46,209 nucleotides of DNA. It comes from Methanobrevibacter sp. (GTDB lineage: Archaea > Methanobacteriota > Methanobacteria > Methanobacteriales > Methanobacteriaceae). The position numbers and the translations under genes are program-made. The notes below the pieces were generated by a model. It was not told the DNA's origin and ran no database searches. It was given only the letters and a program-made list of their open reading frames with translations. This document shows, piece by piece, positions 39,855 to 46,209 of this stretch; position 1 is the first letter of the stretch; the number at the start of each line of letters is the position of its first letter. The DNA lies in the NCBI GenBank assembly GCA_016291275.1, contig JAEEWY010000001.1, forward strand, positions 1 to 46,209. The letters run 5' to 3'.

Positions 39855-41765
39855 CTATTGAAGTCTTGTAGCCTCAAGGATAAGTGGAGTTTTAGTCTCT
39901 ACCTTATAGCTTCTGTGAATGCTTGAAGCTAAGTCAACAGTTTTGTATGGGTCTCCGTGACAAGTGATGATCTTATCAGGTCTTGGATGCAATCTTTTTG
40001 CAAATTCCATCAATTGTCTTCTGTTGGAGTGACCACTGAATCCTTCAATGGTTTTGACATCCATTTTAACATTGTAGATTCTCTTTTTGCCTGTTTCATC
40101 TTCCAATGGTATTTCCTTGTGTCCTTTTTGGATTTTTCTACCGAGGGATCCTTCAGATTGGTAACCTACAAAAATAATGGTATTGTTCTTGTCTTCACAT
40201 AACCATTTGAAGTACTCTACAGAGTTTCCACCAGTCATCATACCAGAAGTTGAAAGGATAATTGACGGTTCCCCTTCTACAATCTGTTTTCTTTCAGCAT
40301 TGTTTTGAACCTTATTGAAGGATTCTGCAATAAACGGATTTCTTCCCATATGGAAAATTTGATCCCTTAAGTCTTTGCTTAAGTATTCAGGTCTTGCAGT
40401 ATGCACTGCAGTAGCTTCCCAAATCATACCGTCAAGATGGATTGGCACCTCATCAACCATTCCATGGCGCATGTACTCTTCAAGCACAATCATTAATTCT
40501 TGTGCCCTTCCTACTGCAAATACAGGAACCAAGACTTTTCCGCCACGTTTTAAGGTTTTGTAGATGGTTTTCATCAATTCTTTTTCTGCATTGTTTCTTG
40601 ATGGGGTTACATCTTCATGTCCACCATATGTACTTTCCATAATGCAGCTTTCCACTCTAGGGAATCTTGTGGTTGCAGGTTCCAAGAGTCTGCTTCTTTC
40701 ATATTTGAAGTCTCCAGTGTAAAGCAAGTTATGTGCACCGTCACCAATGTGGAAGTGACACATAGCAGAACCTAAAATATGGCCTGCATTATGCAATGTC
40801 AATTTGATGTCTGGAGATATGTCAGTTACAACTCCATAGTCAAGAGTGATTGTGTGCTTGATCATCTTTTGCACATGCTTTACATTAAATGGAAGTGGGT
40901 TGTTTTCCCTATGTGCAATGTCAATGTAATCCAATTGCAATAAGGTCATCAAGTCTCTTGTTGCAGAGGTACAGTATACAGGACCTTCGTATCCGTAATG
41001 GTAAAGGTAAGGGATGAATCCACAGTGGTCCAAGTGAGCGTGAGATACTACAACAGCATCAAGATCTTGAATTGAAAATTCAGGAACTCCGAGCATTGGG
41101 AATGAACTTTTTTCATCTTGCCCTGCTACGTTTACTCCACAATCAAGCAATACTCTACTGTTTGGAGTTTGAAGTAACATGCAAGAACGTCCTACCTCTT
41201 TAAATCCTCCCATAGCGGTTAATCTGGTCCAATCGTTATCATATTTTCCGCCTTGGTGGATTCTTGCACCTAAAGTCTGTAAGATTTTCTTTCTTTCCTT
41301 ACTGTTGTGCATCAAGGTATTTCTGATTCTGTCGATAATTTCAGATCTGATTGGAGGACTTCTTAAAATCTTTGGAGCCCATCCGGTTTTTCTAACGATT
41401 TCCCTTGAGGTCACTCCATATTTTCCAATTACAAGTCCAGGTTTGGTAGCTTCTATAACCACTTCGTTGGTAACTTCATCAAAAGTGATGTTACTGATTT
41501 CAGCATCTTCTGGAACGATCTCTTCGACTTTTTGAATAGTTTCTTCGTATGGTAATAAAACTGATTTGTCTGATCTGATTATGATCCTTTTTCTAAGTTC
41601 TTTTGCCAAGTTTCTGATTAAGTCCCCATTGTCTGCTACAATGTCTGGGTTTTTTGTATATATAACAACCTCAGGACCTTCAAATTCAATATTGGCTAAT
41701 TGAACTTCATCAGGTAGTTTTTTTGTAATTTTTTGTTTGATTTCTTCTAAAACGTTTGAAGCCAT
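39855..41765 (-). CDS. fttA: Beta-CASP ribonuclease aCPSF1 (FttA, archaeal transcription termination factor)
   Basis: N-terminal KH domains (PGLVIGKYG), HAHLDH, AGHILGS, ESTYG and FSGH; conserved linkage to psmB. Confidence 0.94.
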   Translation of the reverse strand: MASNVLEEIKQKITKKLPDEVQLANIEFEGPEVVIYTKNPDIVADNGDLIRNLAKELRKRIIIRSDKSVLLPYEETIQKVEEIVPEDAEISNITFDEVTNEVVIEATKPGLVIGKYGVTSREIVRKTGWAPKILRSPPIRSEIIDRIRNTLMHNSKERKKILQTLGARIHQGGKYDNDWTRLTAMGGFKEVGRSCMLLQTPNSRVLLDCGVNVAGQDEKSSFPMLGVPEFSIQDLDAVVVSHAHLDHCGFIPYLYHYGYEGPVYCTSATRDLMTLLQLDYIDIAHRENNPLPFNVKHVQKMIKHTITLDYGVVTDISPDIKLTLHNAGHILGSAMCHFHIGDGAHNLLYTGDFKYERSRLLEPATTRFPRVESCIMESTYGGHEDVTPSRNNAEKELMKTIYKTLKRGGKVLVPVFAVGRAQELMIVLEEYMRHGMVDEVPIHLDGMIWEATAVHTARPEYLSKDLRDQIFHMGRNPFIAESFNKVQNNAERKQIVEGEPSIILSTSGMMTGGNSVEYFKWLCEDKNNTIIFVGYQSEGSLGRKIQKGHKEIPLEDETGKKRIYNVKMDVKTIEGFSGHSNRRQLMEFAKRLHPRPDKIITCHGDPYKTVDLASSIHRSYKVETKTPLILEATRLQ

Positions 41766-42201
41766 ATTATCACTTCGAAAAATAGACGTATAAAATTAGC
41801 ATATGGTATAAAATCAATATTTTTCTCGTTTTAATTCATTTAAATCTTTTAAATTCCTTATGGAATTCTCAATTATAAAAATATTCGTTAAGTAAATTTT
41901 GGTTAATTTTTAAATAAGCCATTTATATTTCAATAATTCAATTAATTAACTAATTTATAAATCCTAATATTATCTAAAATTTATCTAAATATTATCTAAA
42001 TTTGGATTTAAAATTAAATTAAATTAAAAAATTAAGAATATTGATTTAAATCTACGACATCAATATTCTTATTGATTAAATAAACAGCTTCTGTGTCATA
42101 AAAAAGATGTTTACTTAATTTATTGCATATACTATCTATACTGTAATATGTAAAATTAGTTGTAAAATAAAGTTAAAAAATAAATAATTCGTATATATTT
42201 T

Positions 42202-42825
42202 TTAGCTATTAATTTTTTCAATAATAGATTCAACTTCTTCTTTTTCTAACATTTTGTATCCGTCTTTAGTAACTTCAGCTACTAAGAAGCCATTTCCAGA
42301 GTAAGTGTCTCTTTCTGTAGCAGCTTTGATAGCTCTTAAAGCTAATTCCTTAGCTTCTTCTACAGTGATGTCTTCGTGGAATCTGTCTTCAAGAACACCA
42401 TATGCAAATGTAGAACCGGAACCGGTAGAAATGAAGGTATCCTTAATCATACCTCCTGCTGCATCTAAAGAATAGATTGATGCACCAGTGTCATCTACTC
42501 CTCCGATAAGAGTTTGTACATATGCTGGTGAGGAGTGTAATATGTTAGAACTTACAGCTGCAGCAGCTTCTAAGCTAATGTCTTTACCATTTCTTAATCT
42601 GTATAATGCAGTTTCAGCGCTAATGATTTTCATTAAGCTTTGTGCATCTGCAACAGATCCTGCAATGGTAGCTGCAATGTGGTTGTCAATTTTGAATATT
42701 TTTTCAGCTACTTTGTGAGCAACAAGGTTTCCCATACTTGCTCTTCTTTCGCTTGCAAATACAACACCATCTTTACAGGTAATACCGACAGTAGTGGTAC
42801 CTTCAAATGTGTTTTTATCAGCCAT
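42202..42825 (-). CDS. psmB: 20S proteasome beta subunit
   Basis: Short propeptide then G/TTTVG, GSVADAQ, TGSGS and RDTYSG; GAGGTG SD. Confidence 0.96.
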   Translation of the reverse strand: MADKNTFEGTTTVGITCKDGVVFASERRASMGNLVAHKVAEKIFKIDNHIAATIAGSVADAQSLMKIISAETALYRLRNGKDISLEAAAAVSSNILHSSPAYVQTLIGGVDDTGASIYSLDAAGGMIKDTFISTGSGSTFAYGVLEDRFHEDITVEEAKELALRAIKAATERDTYSGNGFLVAEVTKDGYKMLEKEEVESIIEKINS

Positions 42826-43454
42826 ATTAATACACCTCGTATAATAATGTAAAATTAAATTTAAAGCATAAAATAATCTTAAATAATAAAATATAATCTT
42901 AATAATGATTGAAATTATTATTAATTAAAATTAGAAAAGTTAGGTTTTCAAAGTTATATAAAATTGATAAAATTAAGTTATACTTACACTAATATAACCG
43001 CTTTTCCTAACCTATTCTTATTATGTTATACATTATATATAATAGTTTCGTTATTTTGGACAATTTTCAAATAATTTCTATCATTAAATTTATTTTTTCA
43101 TGTTTTTAAATAAATTTTTTATTTATTCATATTTGATTATTTTTTTATTAAAGATTAATACTTTCTTTATTTTTAATTTAACTTTGTATTTTTATATTTT
43201 TATTCAAACTACCTATTTCTAATCAATATTTTTCTTAAATAATTAATATTGATTTTAATAACTTTAATTTATTTTAATGTATTTACATTTATTATTAATT
43301 TCGTATTATATAAATGTTTTTAAATTAGTTTTATTTTTTCATCAAACGGTTTAATTTGTTAAGTCTTTTTATTAGTTTATATTAATTCTTTACCATTTGC
43401 AAAAAATATTTTATTTTATTAAAATAAATTATAATTATTGAATTAGAATACAAA

Positions 43455-43501
43455 ATTATTCATAGATTATTCATAGATTATTCATAGATTATTCAAAGAT
43501 T
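43455..43501. repeat. 11-bp tandem repeat ATTATTCATAG x3 plus one variant copy
   Basis: Units at 43455, 43466, 43477 and 43488 (ATTATTCAAAG). Confidence 0.9.
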
Positions 43502-43535
43502 TTTTATTATATTATTCATTTTTTCAGGTGTTATT

Positions 43536-44303
43536 TTGAAATGGAAGAAAATTGGAGATATCTTAATAGTTGACAATAAGTTCAGTGATGATTCTTCAGA
43601 TAATTTAAAGTCAATTGCTTCAGAACATAATGTAAAATCAATTATTAAGATTGAAAAGATCGATGGGCAAAAGAGGGAACCTACCATAAGTCTCTTGTAT
43701 GGTGATGAAACAGAGACTATCCATAAGGAAAATGGATGTCTTTTTAATCTTGATTTATCTAAAGTCATGTGGGCTAAAGGAAACAATAATGAAAGATTAA
43801 GGATTGCCAAATTAGTTACAAAGGGCGAGACTGTAGTGGATATGTTTGCTGGTATCGGCTATTTTTCAATTCCAATTGGTGTTCACAGTGAAGCTAAACA
43901 GATTTACTCCATTGAAATCAATCCAAATTCCCACCATTTTCTAAAGAGAAACATTGAATTAAACAGAATCAATGAAAAGGCAAATTATGATAGGATAATT
44001 CCAATTTTAGGGGATTGTGCTGTTGAAACTCCTAAATATTCTGCTGATAGGGTATTGATGGGCTATGTGAAAACAACTCATCACTTCTTAAGGTCTGCTA
44101 TGGAATGTGTAAAGGATGGTGGAATAATCCATTATCATGAAACCGTTCCTGATAAGCTGATTGAAACCCGTCCGTATGAGAGGGTGAAAGAGATTGCTTG
44201 GGAATGTGGAGAAAGGGAAGTTGAAGTTTTGAACATTCAAAAGATCAAAAGGTATGCTCCAGGTGTAGAGCATATAGTTTTGGATGCGAGAATTCATAAG
44301 TGA
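43536..44303 (+). CDS. taw2: Met-10 family SAM-dependent enzyme, likely tRNA(Phe) wyosine aminocarboxypropyltransferase Taw2
   Basis: Motifs KIGD, TIHKENG, VVDMFAGIGYF, ADRVLMGY and IIHYHE. Short form lacking the Trm5 D1 domain. TTG start follows AGGTG. Confidence 0.78.
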   Translation: MKWKKIGDILIVDNKFSDDSSDNLKSIASEHNVKSIIKIEKIDGQKREPTISLLYGDETETIHKENGCLFNLDLSKVMWAKGNNNERLRIAKLVTKGETVVDMFAGIGYFSIPIGVHSEAKQIYSIEINPNSHHFLKRNIELNRINEKANYDRIIPILGDCAVETPKYSADRVLMGYVKTTHHFLRSAMECVKDGGIIHYHETVPDKLIETRPYERVKEIAWECGEREVEVLNIQKIKRYAPGVEHIVLDARIHK

Positions 44304-44425
44304 GAATTTATTAAAAAATTTTTTATATCTGTTTAGCAAAAATTGTAATATATAAAATAGTGTATAAAAAGAATTATTATGATTAAACAGAAATCATATT
44401 TATCATGTTTTAGGGAAGAATTATT

Positions 44426-45613
44426 ATGATTGAAACTGATGTATTAGTGATTGGTGCTGGACCTGCAGGCTCTTCTGCTGCAAGATTTGCAGCTAAAGGA
44501 GGGGTGGATGTAATAGTTATAGATAAAAAATCTGAAATTGGATTTCCTAAAAGATGTGCTGAAGGGGTTTCAAAAAAGATTTTTGATAAATTAGACCTTG
44601 AAATGGATCCTCATTGGGTCACTAATGAAATCAGTGGTGTAAGATTTGTTGCTCCTGACGGAACAGATATTTGGTTAAGTGAAGACCAAATCGATTTGCC
44701 TGATGCAGGATATGTGCTTGAGCGTAAGGTATTTGATAAGCATATGGCGGCAGAAGCTGCAAGGGAAGGGGCAGAAATCAGAATCAAGACCCAAGCGAAG
44801 GGCCTTGAAAGGCAGGAAGATGGAACATTCATTGTAACTTGCGAATCCATGGGAAAAACATATGATATTCATGCTAAAATTATCATTGGAGCAGATGGTC
44901 CTGAGTCCCATGTAGCTAAATGGGCAGGACTCAATGCTTATATCAAGCCTCAGCATATGGTGGCTGGCGTCCAATATGAAATGTGTAATGCTAAAATGAA
45001 AAGAAATGATTATCTTGAGTTCTATTTTGGCAGTGTAGCTCCAGGAGGATACTTCTGGCTATTCCCTAAAGGTGGAGATGTTGTAAATGCTGGCCTTGGA
45101 ATCATTACAAATATGGCTGAAAAATCAGCTTATGAATATCTTGTTGATGCTGTAGACAACTGTTATGCAACCCAAGAAGCTCAAGCGGTTGAATTGAATG
45201 CTGGTGGAGACCCTGTTGGAGGGCTTGTCAAGGAGATGTATGGAGACAACATCATGCTTGTAGGGGATGCTGCAAGTCAAGTGAATCCACTTACAGGTGG
45301 TGGAATCACAAATGGTATGTTAGGTGGCAGATTCGCTGGTGAAGTTGCTGTAGAAGCTATTAAATCAGGGGACTGTTCCCAAAATTTCCTTAAGAAGTAT
45401 GAAAAGCTCTATTTGGATGAAATGGGTGCTGAAATGCAGAAATACACTAAAGTAACTGAATATCTATGGACTTTAGATGATGATGACATCAATAAGATCG
45501 CTCATAAATTCAAGGAAATGAAATTTGATAAGCTAACCACAACCGATATTGTTAAGGTTGTTATCAAAGCAGATCCAAAATCACTTTTAAAATTAGGTAG
45601 AATTTTCTTATAG
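44426..45613 (+). CDS. Geranylgeranyl reductase family flavoprotein (digeranylgeranylglycerophospholipid reductase-like)
   Basis: Motifs GAGPAGS, RCAEG, APGGYFWLFP (PxxYxWxFP) and VGDAASQVNPLTGGGI. Confidence 0.9.
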   Translation: MIETDVLVIGAGPAGSSAARFAAKGGVDVIVIDKKSEIGFPKRCAEGVSKKIFDKLDLEMDPHWVTNEISGVRFVAPDGTDIWLSEDQIDLPDAGYVLERKVFDKHMAAEAAREGAEIRIKTQAKGLERQEDGTFIVTCESMGKTYDIHAKIIIGADGPESHVAKWAGLNAYIKPQHMVAGVQYEMCNAKMKRNDYLEFYFGSVAPGGYFWLFPKGGDVVNAGLGIITNMAEKSAYEYLVDAVDNCYATQEAQAVELNAGGDPVGGLVKEMYGDNIMLVGDAASQVNPLTGGGITNGMLGGRFAGEVAVEAIKSGDCSQNFLKKYEKLYLDEMGAEMQKYTKVTEYLWTLDDDDINKIAHKFKEMKFDKLTTTDIVKVVIKADPKSLLKLGRIFL

Positions 45614-45677
45614 CTTTTAATTAAATAGGGGAGATTAATTATTTTATCTCTTCAATAAAAAAAATATTCGGAAGAGA

Positions 45678-46209
45678 TTAGTTATTTTCAATCTCTTCTT
45701 GTGCTCTTTTTGTTTTTTCCAGTAAAACTGGATTTTCAATATATTTTTCGTTTATGTATTTTTCATATATTGCCAATCTCTCTTTTAATTCGTATCCTGC
45801 ATCATTGGTTAGCTTTTCTAATCTTTCAAGAGTTGGCCATGGAGATGATGGATTCACATAATCCTCACTAAGTGGAGACACTCCTCCCCAGTCGTCAGTT
45901 CCGCAGAGAAGGAATATTTGACTTGTTTCATAGTTTAAGTTAGGTGGCACTTGAACAGAAACGTCTTCATCAAAAAGCAATTGTGCAGCTGCAACGGTTC
46001 TAACCATATCCAATAGACTTGGCTCTTCATGATTTTCCATTTCAATTCCAGGACTAACAGTAAAGTTTTGAATGATTACCTCCTGGATATGGCCATACTT
46101 GTCGCAAAGCTCTTTTATTTTAAGCAATGAGTCAGCTATTTCTTCCTTTGTTTCACCGATTCCAATAAGTATTCCAGTTGTGTATGCAATATTGAGCTTT
46201 CCAGCATTT
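45678..46209 (-). CDS. cofG: FO synthase subunit CofG (radical SAM), 5' part outside the window
   Basis: The frame stays open to the window edge: AGKLNIAYTTGILIGIGET...YGHIQEVIIQNF, VQVPPNL, DDWGGVSP, DYVNP and ERLAIY. Confidence 0.92.
   Translation of the reverse strand, partial: NAGKLNIAYTTGILIGIGETKEEIADSLLKIKELCDKYGHIQEVIIQNFTVSPGIEMENHEEPSLLDMVRTVAAAQLLFDEDVSVQVPPNLNYETSQIFLLCGTDDWGGVSPLSEDYVNPSSPWPTLERLEKLTNDAGYELKERLAIYEKYINEKYIENPVLLEKTKRAQEEIENN

Overview
AT-rich archaeal chromosomal window whose gene content points to a Methanobacteriales methanogen, probably Methanobrevibacter. It is mostly core genome: a partial K+ channel, nnr, sfsA, argG, the complete 17-gene energy-converting hydrogenase B operon (ehbA-Q), azlCD, a solo Cas4-like gene, a nucleotidyltransferase, two CBS-domain genes, pheA, coaBC, flpA/nop5, pyrD/pyrK, the large fragment of a split PolB, comC, purM, aCPSF1, psmB, taw2, a geranylgeranyl reductase and partial cofG. 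I found no rRNA, tRNA, CRISPR array or mobile element. The most interesting signals are non-coding. Each of the three oversized convergent intergenic regions holds a long hairpin next to a TATA-like element, with G-U wobbles favouring one strand. Two of these (3.6 kb and 28.5 kb) display anti-Shine-Dalgarno/anti-start-codon loops, suggesting unannotated translation-regulating small RNAs. Also notable are a structured SD-sequestering leader before the CBS genes, hairpins around psmB-aCPSF1, and two probable ATT start codons. All folding was done by eye and all protein calls come from recalled motifs; no searches were run.
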